Virus record (IMG/VR): IMGVR_UViG_3300036975_000082
Location: 1-44,385 of that record
Strand: one strand, 5' to 3'
Origin: a virus
Lineage: Duplodnaviria; Caudoviricetes
DNA: 44,385 bases
A program made the position numbers and the translations under genes. Under the pieces are notes generated by a model. It was not told the DNA's origin and made no database searches. It was given only the letters and a program-made list of their open reading frames with translations. Below are positions 1 through 8,289 of the stretch, one piece after another (the stretch's first letter is position 1; each line of letters opens with the position of its first letter).

Positions 1-796
1 CGCCCACGCGGGCCTCGGCGCCCACGCTGGTCCCGTCGCCCACGCTGGCATAGACGCCCACGCTGGCCCCGTCGCCCACGCTGGCATAGACGCCCACGCT
101 GGCCCCGGCGCCCACGCGGGCCCCGTCGCCCACGCGGGCCTCGGCGCCCACGCGGGCCTCGTCGCCCACGCTGGCCCTATCACCCACGCGGGCGCTGGGG
201 CCCACGCGGGCCCCGGCGCCCACGCTGGCCCCGGCGCCCACGCGGGCCCCGTCGCCCACGCGGGCCCTATCACCCACGCTGGCCCTATCACCCACGCGGG
301 CGCTGGGGCCCACGCGGGCCCCGGCGCCCACGCTGGCCCCGGCGCCCACGCGGGCCCCGTCGCCCACGCGGGCCCTATCACCCACGCTGGCCCTATCACC
401 CACGCGGGCGCTGGGGCCCACGCGGGCCCCGGCGCCCACGCGGGCCCCGTCGCCCACGCTGGCCCTATCACCCACGCGGGCCCCGTCGCCCACGCGGGCC
501 CCGTCGCCCACGCTGGCATAGACGCCCACGCTGGCCCCGGCGCCCACGCGGGCCCCGTCGCCCACGCGGGCCCCGTCGCCCACGCGGGCCTCGGCGCCCA
601 CGCTGGTCCCGTCGCTCACGCTGGCATAGACGCCCACGCTGGCCCCGTCGCCCACGCTGGCATAGATGCCCACGCTGGCCCCGGCGCCCACGCGGGCCCC
701 GTCGCCCACGCGGGCCTCGGCGCCCACGCGGGCCTCGTCGCCCACGCTGGCCCTATCACCCACGCGGGCCCCGTCGCCCACGCGGGCCTCGGCGCC
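1..796. repeat. 18-bp tandem repeat array (about 44 units) with 108-bp and 576-bp higher-order periodicity
   Basis: Unit resembles GCCCACGCGGGCCCCGTC. An identical block recurs at 181, 289 and 397; block 1-190 is nearly identical to 577-766. Confidence 0.95.
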
Positions 797-856
797 TATA
801 TCGGCAGATGGGTGCACGTCAGCCCCTGGGTGTACTCGTGCCGTCTCGTGGATCAT
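1..856 (-). CDS. Hexapeptide-repeat (left-handed beta-helix) protein, 3'-truncated at the window edge; absent from the ORF track
   Basis: SD AGGAGG (862-867) precedes ATG at 856. Reads MIHETARVHPGADVHPSADIGAEARVGDGARVGDRASVG..., then about 44 VGxxA[R/S] hexapeptides with no stop through position 2. Confidence 0.9.
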   Translation of the reverse strand, partial: MIHETARVHPGADVHPSADIGAEARVGDGARVGDRASVGDEARVGAEARVGDGARVGAGASVGIYASVGDGASVGVYASVSDGTSVGAEARVGDGARVGDGARVGAGASVGVYASVGDGARVGDGARVGDRASVGDGARVGAGARVGPSARVGDRASVGDRARVGDGARVGAGASVGAGARVGPSARVGDRASVGDRARVGDGARVGAGASVGAGARVGPSARVGDRASVGDEARVGAEARVGDGARVGAGASVGVYASVGDGASVGVYASVGDGTSVGAEARVG

Positions 857-878
857 GTCATCCTCCTGTACACCGGAC

Positions 879-907
879 AGTATACGACAATGTTTGTCAG
901 ATGCAAA
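879..907 (-). promoter_or_regulatory. Sigma70-like promoter with a palindromic operator in the spacer, upstream of the hexapeptide gene
   Basis: Minus strand TTTGCA-17 nt (TCTGACAAACATTGTCG)-TATACT, followed by SD and ATG. Confidence 0.65.
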
Positions 908-912
908 CCTTT

Positions 913-969
913 ATGTCCGCAGTGTGGCACCGCACGACACATGCGTATGCGGTGCCACACTGCGGACAT
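913..969. repeat. Perfect 22-bp inverted repeat with a 13-nt loop
   Basis: ATGTCCGCAGTGTGGCACCGCA (913-934) and TGCGGTGCCACACTGCGGACAT (948-969). Confidence 0.95.
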
Positions 970-1015
970 CTGAACAGGATCAGGATCCTGTCCGGGCTTG
1001 TCAGCCGGATGGCGA

Positions 1016-1327
1016 TCACAGACGGTCCTTGCAAGTCGCGCCCGAGTACCTCTCTGCGCTAAAACCTGTTAGCTTACCATGCTCGTAGCAAGCAGCTACC
1101 CTGCAGGTGCATCCCGACTGTATGAGCACCATATTAATCAGACCCAACGGCCCAAGCGTCAAGGCACCATTCTTGCCATTAACAAAGCCACACACGAACG
1201 GAGCCTCAACCTTAGCAAAGATCCGCTTGAGCAGCTTGCGCCGATCCATGATCCATTGAATGGATTCCTGATCGGCCTTTAAGCCCTCGTTCAACGCCTC
1301 GCACACTTTCTCAGTCAACAAACACAC
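1016..1327 (-). CDS. Hypothetical protein
   Basis: 103-aa ORF with AAGGAG SD and GTG start, directly downstream of the primase gene. Confidence 0.7.
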   Translation of the reverse strand: MCLLTEKVCEALNEGLKADQESIQWIMDRRKLLKRIFAKVEAPFVCGFVNGKNGALTLGPLGLINMVLIQSGCTCRVAACYEHGKLTGFSAERYSGATCKDRL

Positions 1328-1339
1328 GTCTTTTTCTCC

Positions 1340-3919
1340 TTAAACCGCCGTGTCCCGGCACAATGCCAGGATCAAATCCTCTTCGGTGCAATAACCTGTG
1401 TCCAAGGCCCATTGCAGAAGCTTGTCGCCATCGATCTCCCTGTACTGCACGCCCCTCCCGTCCGCAGTCCTCCTGTAGTGCCGATCCCCCCCGCTCAGCG
1501 AAACCACAGCCATGCCCAGCCTGCGCAGGCTCGGGGGCTTCTCGTGGGTCGTGTACATGTCCCAGCATTCCAGCAAAGCCTTCGATGTGATCAGCAGCCG
1601 TCCTTTTTCTATGCGTACCCCTCCCTGCCTCGTGGCATCCATGCGCATGGGATCCAATAGGTACGCGCAGCACCAGTTGCATACAGCCGACGGCAGCCCT
1701 TGCCCGATGGCTAACCCGCGGTGAAACGCGCTGTCCACACCGGCCGCCAAAAACCTTCTGCTCCTGTCCACAGGCCGGTTGTCGCGCAACCACAGCGCGT
1801 GCCTGGCTATCGCATCGCCCTCTACCATTGCATGACGCCCCTGCGGACCGACGGACTCGAGCACCGCGGCCGCGCTGGCGTCTGTATGAATGTACAAAAA
1901 CCGATCCACCACCGCGTCGATGTCCTCACTGGTCAGGTTTTCATACGCGTCCAACAGGTGCCGGTTGTTAGCCGCCATCATGAGTCGCATGCACCCGTGC
2001 ACCACGGTGTCGTGCTGCGAATACTTGCGTGACAGGGTCCTGTCCCTCTCCTGCACCAGCGATCTGAGCCACGGGGTGCTGGCCTTCTTCAAGTTGCGCT
2101 CCGGGAGCTCCTCGTCAGCGAATATCAAAGGGCACCGCAACAACGCGTCATTCCACCCCTTGCACAGATGCGCCATGTCCGTGGGCCCACCCTCGGTCCA
2201 AAGACGCGACAAACCCCTGGCTAGCAAACCCTTGCCCACATCCTTGGGCCCGTCGAGGTACAAGATGGCGGCCGGCTGATCCAGCAAGGTCGCCACCGCC
2301 ACCCAGTCCAAGAGCTTCTCGTGCTGCCGGCCCCCCAGAGCCCCCAACCACCTGGCCACATCGGGGTCATAGCGCGGCTCCAGCTTGCGCAGTGGACAAG
2401 GTGCCTCGACAATCAGATCGCCAGCCGGATCAAAGCGCGTCTTACTGGCACAGAGATCTATCCGCAGGTGCCTCGCAACCGTCCCGTAGTCCTCCATGAG
2501 CTCCGATCGCCGCTTGTGCCTGGCCCTGCCCTCTTTGTCGATCACCCATGTCCCGACACCGGCGGATGATGCCGGCGCCAGATCCCGAGCGGCCGCCGGC
2601 GGCAGCATCGAGTCGCAGACGGTCGGCATGTATGATCCATCTTTAAAGATATAGTAACGGTTTTCGAGTTGCACTATCCACCGGTTGCGTAGATCGTCCA
2701 CTGTGCACCCCATGTCCGCGGCAAACCCCTCAAGCTCCTCTTTGCTGTAGGGTTCTGATCGCAGTCCCCCAAAAGCCTCCCTGATGTCATGGACGAGCGC
2801 CGCCTGCCGGGCGGCCTGCATGCGCGCCTGATCCTCCGCCACGCGCGCGCACGCGCGCCGCACCTTGTCCTCTATCACCTCGGGCCCTGGGCAGTCCGGC
2901 GCCTCCCTCGCCATCACCGCGAGCGATGGCCGAGCAAGGCCCGCCACCGACGCGGCATCCGCGTCCGGCCACCTTGCCGCAATCCTCGAGGCGGCCATGA
3001 ACATGGACATGTCCCTGTGGCCCGGCTCGGCAAACGTGTCTCCCTTGACAATCGCCCGCAGGATGCCGGCAACGTCCTTGGCCCCTTCCTGCTGGCTGCG
3101 GGCAAGCGACGAGGCAAGCTGCGACAGGTCCCCCCGCGTGATCCTTCGGGTGCCGGCGCCTGCCACCTCGCGCGGAGGCTCGGGCATGGACAGGATGGCA
3201 TCGACATCGAGGGATAGTCCCTCCTGCTGCGACAAAAAATGCCGATCGCTGCGCTGGCTGCATGGCAAAATGTACATGCGGGCCAGATCGCGGCATTGCG
3301 GATCAAGCAAGCCCTCGAACAACACTTGCATGCGTCCCCAGAAACCTGGCCACCCATGCGCCTCCACCGGCCTAGACAGCGGCATGGCCAAACGAAACGA
3401 CCATGATCCGTCGGCCTCGTGGCGCTCCGGGTGAGACCAGGTCGTGTACATGCAGCACTCGAGCCCCTGCACCAGCGACAGCACGCGCAGCATCCGATCC
3501 GGAGGCAAGCTATCGAAGTCCGCCATGAAGAAGGTGGCGCGGCGCACTTGGTGGGAGGATCGCGCCGCGCCCGGCAGGTACTCGACGGGGGAGATCCGGC
3601 GCTGCCTGTCCTTCTGCCCGCCCGGGCAAACACGCAGCTTGAAGAGCTCACCTCGGAGCGTCTGCCACGGCACCGAGAGGGGTTTCGGCACCGTGTCGTA
3701 CGCGGTGTCGAACATGGACACCACGACATCTTGATGGGTGGCGCGGCATGCGATGGGTCCGGCGCATGCCGCGCCCGGCACGGCGGGATTTGCCCGGTGC
3801 CGTTCTCCAATGATTGCATCTGTCCAGGACCCATTGTCCGAAATGTGCCACACAAGCAAGGCCGGAATCAAACCAAAATAGGTAAAACAGGACAAAAAAA
3901 TAACACCACACCAAGACAC
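1340..3919 (-). CDS. Primase-helicase: N-terminal AEP/primase-polymerase-like domain plus C-terminal SF3/D5-like (DUF5906-type) NTPase; true start probably near 3715-3724
   Basis: ADFD...YTTWSH...FRLAMPLSRPV...D...ARMYILP primase motifs; Walker A GPKDVGKG, Walker B LIFADE and MMAANN motif C. Confidence 0.85.
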   Translation of the reverse strand: MSWCGVIFLSCFTYFGLIPALLVWHISDNGSWTDAIIGERHRANPAVPGAACAGPIACRATHQDVVVSMFDTAYDTVPKPLSVPWQTLRGELFKLRVCPGGQKDRQRRISPVEYLPGAARSSHQVRRATFFMADFDSLPPDRMLRVLSLVQGLECCMYTTWSHPERHEADGSWSFRLAMPLSRPVEAHGWPGFWGRMQVLFEGLLDPQCRDLARMYILPCSQRSDRHFLSQQEGLSLDVDAILSMPEPPREVAGAGTRRITRGDLSQLASSLARSQQEGAKDVAGILRAIVKGDTFAEPGHRDMSMFMAASRIAARWPDADAASVAGLARPSLAVMAREAPDCPGPEVIEDKVRRACARVAEDQARMQAARQAALVHDIREAFGGLRSEPYSKEELEGFAADMGCTVDDLRNRWIVQLENRYYIFKDGSYMPTVCDSMLPPAAARDLAPASSAGVGTWVIDKEGRARHKRRSELMEDYGTVARHLRIDLCASKTRFDPAGDLIVEAPCPLRKLEPRYDPDVARWLGALGGRQHEKLLDWVAVATLLDQPAAILYLDGPKDVGKGLLARGLSRLWTEGGPTDMAHLCKGWNDALLRCPLIFADEELPERNLKKASTPWLRSLVQERDRTLSRKYSQHDTVVHGCMRLMMAANNRHLLDAYENLTSEDIDAVVDRFLYIHTDASAAAVLESVGPQGRHAMVEGDAIARHALWLRDNRPVDRSRRFLAAGVDSAFHRGLAIGQGLPSAVCNWCCAYLLDPMRMDATRQGGVRIEKGRLLITSKALLECWDMYTTHEKPPSLRRLGMAVVSLSGGDRHYRRTADGRGVQYREIDGDKLLQWALDTGYCTEEDLILALCRDTAV

Positions 3920-4004
3920 ACATTTTGTACATGTGATTGTAGGAGGGAACCGGCGCGGCGCCGTTGTGTATCAGCACTCATACGCAAATAGTCGCAGATA
4001 CGGA

Positions 4005-4160
4005 TTGATACTTTCATAAAGTATTTTTTTTTATCAAAAGTTTCACGCGTCTAACATATATACACTATTATTACTATATGATTTATAATAAAAATATAAA
4101 TATATAAGGTAGTATATAATAGTACAGTTCATACATATAATATATATAAGAGTTTGCAAA
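4005..4160. other. Very AT-rich tract in the divergent intergenic region; candidate replication origin
   Basis: A/T-dominated stretch in a GC-rich genome, beside the primase-helicase gene and at the strand switch; palindrome ATACTTT-cat-AAAGTAT at about 4008-4024. Confidence 0.5.
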
Positions 4161-4218
4161 ATCGAAGTGTGCTGTGTAGTGTGTATATGGCCCATTTGCT
4201 CATATAAAGCGCCGGTTG

Positions 4219-4287
4219 CGGAATAGTGGTTTGTATAAGTACTTACGCCGGATCCGGATTACGGAATAGTGGTTTGTATAAGCACTT
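4219..4287. repeat. Two 26-bp direct repeats with a 43-bp period, flanking the palindrome CCGGATCCGG
   Basis: CGGAATAGTGGTTTGTATAAG(T/C)ACTT at 4219-4244 and 4262-4287. Confidence 0.9.
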
Positions 4288-4314
4288 GACACTTCGATGT
4301 AGGTATGTCATCTT
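4286..4314 (+). promoter_or_regulatory. Sigma70-like promoter of the RHH gene, probably leaderless
   Basis: TTGACA-17 nt-CATCTT, then 6 nt, then GTG start at 4321 with no SD. Confidence 0.55.
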
Positions 4315-4320
4315 GCCTGG

Positions 4321-4701
4321 GTGGATACAAGGCTCAATCTATACTTGGAGGCCGACACGATCCAGAGGCTGGATAGGGCTGTCCGGCGCATGTACCTGGA
4401 GTCCAGATCGGATCTGCTGCGTGCGGCCGTCTATGAAGCCATCCAGCTGCTCGAGCAGGGTGAGTATGCGCCTGTTGATGAGGACACGTGCTGCTCAGTA
4501 AACGTGAGCGTGTACGTGGGCCGTGCCGTCGTCAACCGGCTGCAGGTGTTGTGTCTGTCGAGCTCGTTGACTTACCGGTTGCGGGACAAGCCGAAGCGGC
4601 CCTTGACGAGTGCCAAGGTCGTGCGCGATGTGCTACATTGCGTGTTGAATCTGCTTGAGCAGGGCGTCCGATTGAGGATTGGAGATCGCAATGCGAGATG
4701 A
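4321..4701 (+). CDS. Ribbon-helix-helix (CopG/Arc-like) DNA-binding protein, possibly tandem RHH
   Basis: RLNLYLEADTIQRLDRAVRR...SRSDLLRAAV is an RHH signature; a second similar segment reads VNVSVYV...SAKVVRDVL. Confidence 0.75.
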   Translation: MDTRLNLYLEADTIQRLDRAVRRMYLESRSDLLRAAVYEAIQLLEQGEYAPVDEDTCCSVNVSVYVGRAVVNRLQVLCLSSSLTYRLRDKPKRPLTSAKVVRDVLHCVLNLLEQGVRLRIGDRNAR

Positions 4702-5098
4702 ACCGATGGCGTGGGGCGAGGCGATGCTGAGCCTTTTGACTCAGAATGGCAAGTTCTACGACAAGCTGCACAACCTGAGCCAGGAGCGGCTACGAGCCCG
4801 GAACAGGTTGGAGGCGCTCCGAAAGACGCGCGAGTTCGTGGACGAGCTCTTGGCGCCCTATGCACCAGTCTGCACACGGCTCATCTCCGAGGCCACACGC
4901 AAGCTACAAATCCAGGCGTCAGCTAATGGGAGATTGATGCCGGAGGGGCTCGAGCTCCGAGCCAGCACCGGCCTAGTGCAGCTTGATTGGGGCAAATCCG
5001 AATCCACAGATACGCACATCACGATGCGTTTGATCGTCACGCATGCTGAGATGATGGACATGCCGGTTGTCGTCGAGGAGCGCGTGCCAATTACATAG
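4691..5098 (+). CDS. Hypothetical protein with N-terminal coiled coil
   Basis: GGAG SD at 4681, ATG at 4691 overlapping the end of the upstream gene. Confidence 0.65.
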   Translation: MRDEPMAWGEAMLSLLTQNGKFYDKLHNLSQERLRARNRLEALRKTREFVDELLAPYAPVCTRLISEATRKLQIQASANGRLMPEGLELRASTGLVQLDWGKSESTDTHITMRLIVTHAEMMDMPVVVEERVPIT

Positions 5099-5224
5099 AC
5101 TTGCGCCGGCGCCCGTTTTGTGGCAACAATTGACGGATGAGTTGCTCCGATTGTACTCAATAGGGTTGGGAGGGTGCAATGAGCATAGTTTTCACCGGTA
5201 ATCTACACAGACGGCGGGTATTTG

Positions 5225-5383
5225 ATGCTTAAAGACAAGAGATTTATAGATTGGGGGAAGTACTCCATCAGGATGTGTTACACGATGCACTCGTGCATAC
5301 TGTGCGGCGGTACAATTGCCAACGGCAGCGTGTACCGTGATGGTGGATACGGGCGCAGGGCCCACGTGCGGTGTGTTAAGTAA
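5225..5383 (+). CDS. Small putative zinc-binding protein (52 aa; not in ORF track)
   Basis: MLKDKRFIDWGKYSIRMCYTMHSCILCGGTI...RAHVRCVK; CxxC...HxxC pattern; fills a gap in the operon. Confidence 0.55.
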   Translation: MLKDKRFIDWGKYSIRMCYTMHSCILCGGTIANGSVYRDGGYGRRAHVRCVK

Positions 5384-5396
5384 AAGAGGCTGCAGG

Positions 5397-5594
5397 ATGG
5401 CTAATTTTGATTCGAGAACAGCTCAGAAGATCAATGCATTATTGAGCGAGATGGCGGCGCTGTTCAAATCCGATTGCGAGTGCACGTTCATTATGCGCCG
5501 GCCGGGTGATCCGGAATGTGAATTAGTAGCGTCGAATGACGACCTGAATGAAGTGATCCTAGTGCTACAGCGAAGCAAAAAGCGAAGAGGTTAA
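5397..5594 (+). CDS. Hypothetical protein (65 aa)
   Basis: GAGG SD, ATG at 5397, MANFDSRTAQK... Confidence 0.65.
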   Translation: MANFDSRTAQKINALLSEMAALFKSDCECTFIMRRPGDPECELVASNDDLNEVILVLQRSKKRRG

Positions 5595-5597
5595 AGG

Positions 5598-5723
5598 ATG
5601 CCAAGCGCGTCCCGCATTGAGTCCTGGCTCCGGTACGACGGCAAGCGCCGGGGTACTGCGCATCGGCGCTTGATCGAGCGCGCACGTTGGCACACGCGCA
5701 CGTTGCACAAGAGGGGGCTGTGA
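5598..5723 (+). CDS. Small basic hypothetical protein (41 aa; not in ORF track)
   Basis: GAGG SD; MPSASRIESWLRYDGKRRG...; fills the gap exactly. Confidence 0.45.
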   Translation: MPSASRIESWLRYDGKRRGTAHRRLIERARWHTRTLHKRGL

Positions 5724-5739
5724 TTGGAGGCAAGACGAG

Positions 5740-6354
5740 ATGAGCGAGGAGAAAACGTGGCACCGGTGTTGTCTGTGTGAGCACGGGCCGGATGGCGGAC
5801 TCGTGAACGCATGCGACAGCTGCAGCGATGTTTATAGCGAATGGAAACCCAACAAGGTCATGCTCGAATGGCACGAGGATATGCTGGCCAAGCATCCGCA
5901 TTTGGCGGCGCAGCACTGCAGACTTGCCTTGAAGGATCGGCCATCATTCAAGGAGATCTACATGCGCATGGCGCACGAGCTCTCCCAGCGATCCACATGC
6001 CGGCGTCTGCAGGTTGGGTGTGTGATCACATCCACGGACTACCGCAAGGTACTGTCCGTGGGCTACAACGGCAATGCGTCCGGCCTGGTTAATGATTGCG
6101 ATAGTGACGAGGTGGGCAACTGCGGATGCCTGCACGCCGAGGAGAATGCGGTAATCAATTGCGACTCGCCACGATACGTGGAGAAGGTGGTATTCTGTAC
6201 GCACCTTCCGTGCAGGATGTGCGCTAAGCGAATCATCAATCTCGGTGGGGTGCGGGTCGTGTACTACGACTTGCCTTACAGGAACACAGAGAGCAAGGAC
6301 ATGCTACTTTCGGCCGCCATTCAATGCTGCAGTTTTCAGATCCAAAAACCTTGA
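5740..6354 (+). CDS. dCMP deaminase (ComEB/DCTD family) with a Cys-rich N-terminal extension
   Basis: RSTC..LQVGCVI, GYNG, HAEENA and PCRMC zinc motifs. Confidence 0.93.
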   Translation: MSEEKTWHRCCLCEHGPDGGLVNACDSCSDVYSEWKPNKVMLEWHEDMLAKHPHLAAQHCRLALKDRPSFKEIYMRMAHELSQRSTCRRLQVGCVITSTDYRKVLSVGYNGNASGLVNDCDSDEVGNCGCLHAEENAVINCDSPRYVEKVVFCTHLPCRMCAKRIINLGGVRVVYYDLPYRNTESKDMLLSAAIQCCSFQIQKP

Positions 6355-6479
6355 GCCGCAACCTGTCTTGTGGCAAGCTGTGACAGATGAAAGGGCGCCG
6401 TCTTCTTCTCCTGTGGATCCAGGCTGTCGTTGCAGGCAGAACGGCTGTTCGTGTGCTGGTGCCCGCCTCCTGAGGTCTC

Positions 6480-6773
6480 GTGAGCATGTTGCGGCAACGG
6501 CGGCCTGGATCATTCGATTTGGACACTGACAAAGGTTTTTGCAGATCCGTGCACGTGGTTGTGTGGGCAACAGCTTTTGCACTGTTCTCTATAGTGTGGG
6601 TGTTCGTGCTGGGGTTTGCTTTTGTCATGACGGTTGTGCATGATCCGGAATTGTCTTGCATGAAGGCGGCCATTGATGCCATGGGTGGTTGCGGTTGGTA
6701 CTTGTTGATGGTTGTTGCTGTAGTTGTGCTTCCGCCTGCGTTTGTCGCTTCCATAGTGGCTGCCAGCAACTGA
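6480..6773 (+). CDS. Two-TM membrane protein
   Basis: Two long hydrophobic segments in 97 aa. Confidence 0.6.
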   Translation: MSMLRQRRPGSFDLDTDKGFCRSVHVVVWATAFALFSIVWVFVLGFAFVMTVVHDPELSCMKAAIDAMGGCGWYLLMVVAVVVLPPAFVASIVAASN

Positions 6774-6781
6774 GGCATTGA

Positions 6782-7000
6782 ATGGCGGACAGGTGGGCAC
6801 GCGCCGAGCTCTGCGCCAGGGCGCATAGAATTCTATACGTAAAGGATGGCGTTGCGCACACCTGGTGCGGATTGCCTGCCGATGGCATTCCGGAATATCG
6901 GATCAGGATCACGAGCACAACCAATCGAATCGATCAATGTCATCGGTGCAATGCCGTTGCCGATTCATCTGTAGGCATCGAATTGCTAGAGGAAGAGTGA
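6782..7000 (+). CDS. Hypothetical protein with possible zinc ligands (H...CG...CxxC)
   Basis: GAGG SD; TGATG coupling to the next gene. Confidence 0.6.
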   Translation: MADRWARAELCARAHRILYVKDGVAHTWCGLPADGIPEYRIRITSTTNRIDQCHRCNAVADSSVGIELLEEE

Positions 7001-7356
7001 TGCAGATTGTCGAGGCCAAGGCGGACTGGCTCGTGCAAGGCCTCAACAAGGATATGCAAACCAACGCCCTGATCAATGCCATGTGCGCCCGAATGCATCG
7101 CGACGGACAGCCGATGCCGGTGGTAGTCGACGACGCCACATGCAGGGTGTTGGCTGGCGCGTCGGCAGTCGAGGCGGCCGTGCTTCTCGAGTGGGATGAC
7201 GAGGGCAGGATGCTGCAGGTGGCACTGCATGACGGATCCCCGTTGTGCTCGGAGATCGTGTGTTGGTGGCGGCGGTTTGAGCAGCCTGTCACGGCGCCGG
7301 ACTTTCCGGAGGGAGCGCTTGAAGGCGCTATCCGTGGGATTGAGGCAGGTGCCTGA
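7000..7356 (+). CDS. ParB/Srx N-terminal-like protein (degenerate)
   Basis: QPMPVVVDD...RVLAG...EAA pattern; the usual GxxR is replaced by GASA; located before the terminase genes. Confidence 0.5.
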   Translation: MQIVEAKADWLVQGLNKDMQTNALINAMCARMHRDGQPMPVVVDDATCRVLAGASAVEAAVLLEWDDEGRMLQVALHDGSPLCSEIVCWWRRFEQPVTAPDFPEGALEGAIRGIEAGA

Positions 7357-7750
7357 CGAGCTTCCGCTTGAGCAGCGCTCGGCGCTGATGCACAAGATCA
7401 AAGGCAACTACATGTTGCCAGAGCACCTGTTGTGCGCCGAGCTCGACAGGCTCGGCGCTGACTACGTGCGTAACGATCGGAGCCTGCCGGGCACACCCGA
7501 CATTGCCTTGTATGGCTTGTGTGTGGCAGTATTTGTCCATGGGTGCTTTTGGCACGGATGCCCGGATCATTACCGAGAGCCGCACACACACACTGCGTTT
7601 TGGCGGCAGAGGCTCGTGCGGATCAAGAGGCGCGATAAGTTCGCCATCGAGCGCCTGCGCATGTGCGGATGGAAGGTTGTTGTATTGTGGGAGCACGAGA
7701 TAAGGGAAAAACCAGCGGGGGCCGCAAGAAGAGTGCTCCGGCAAGCTTGA
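7349..7750 (+). CDS. vsr: Very-short-patch repair endonuclease
   Basis: RS..M..I...PE, LPGTPDI, FVHGCFWHGC, FW...RD and GWKVVVLWE motifs. Confidence 0.92.
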   Translation: MPDELPLEQRSALMHKIKGNYMLPEHLLCAELDRLGADYVRNDRSLPGTPDIALYGLCVAVFVHGCFWHGCPDHYREPHTHTAFWRQRLVRIKRRDKFAIERLRMCGWKVVVLWEHEIREKPAGAARRVLRQA

Positions 7751-8289
7751 AGCCCTGGCACAGGCAGCCCAAGGAGCCCCATGACTCGTGGGAGGGTTTC
7801 ATTGTCTACCGGGACATGGATGGTCGATCCGTGTCCGGTGCGGCGGCCATACTTGGGAAGGACAAAACGGATATCGATCGCATGGCCAAGCACAATGCTT
7901 GGGAGAAGAGAGCTCTTGCTTGGGATGCGGAGGTACAGCGCAGGATAGACAAGGCAGAGATGGATGAAATTGTGCGCATGGCCCAGCGCCAGACAAGCAT
8001 AGCCATAGGCATGCAGACGGTTGTGGCGCATGAGGTCAGTTGCTTAATCAAACAGATCCAGAGGGAGGAGTACAGGGCGCGTATGGATCCGGCATATGAG
8101 CGGGTGTCGGTGGTGAAGCCTTCTGTGATCACCAAGATGGCCGAGGTGGCCGCTAAGCTAGAGCGTGTAGCTCGAGGCGAGCCGTCAGACATAACCAAGT
8201 CGGTCCCTGTCGTGGATCCGGACAAGCTTTCCGACATGTCGACGGATGAGCTTGAGCTGCTGGACAGGCTGCTCAAGAAATTGTCATGA
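7663..8289 (+). CDS. terS: Terminase small subunit (start uncertain)
   Basis: PW.RQP.E...F..YRDM..RS helix-turn-helix and W..RA.AWD pattern; overlaps the start of the large subunit. Confidence 0.8.
   Translation: MRMEGCCIVGARDKGKTSGGRKKSAPASLKPWHRQPKEPHDSWEGFIVYRDMDGRSVSGAAAILGKDKTDIDRMAKHNAWEKRALAWDAEVQRRIDKAEMDEIVRMAQRQTSIAIGMQTVVAHEVSCLIKQIQREEYRARMDPAYERVSVVKPSVITKMAEVAAKLERVARGEPSDITKSVPVVDPDKLSDMSTDELELLDRLLKKLS

Noticed and set aside
1-796. 18-bp array as a CRISPR array
   Set aside because: Contiguous in-frame coding units with no unique spacers.
666-1088. Plus-strand PTRA-repeat ORF in the track
   Set aside because: Antisense shadow of the hexapeptide gene, which has the SD, promoter and a recognisable fold.
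4219-4287. Mini-CRISPR array
   Set aside because: Only two repeats, a 17-nt spacer, no CRISPR-like repeat end and no cas genes; better explained as operators or iterons.
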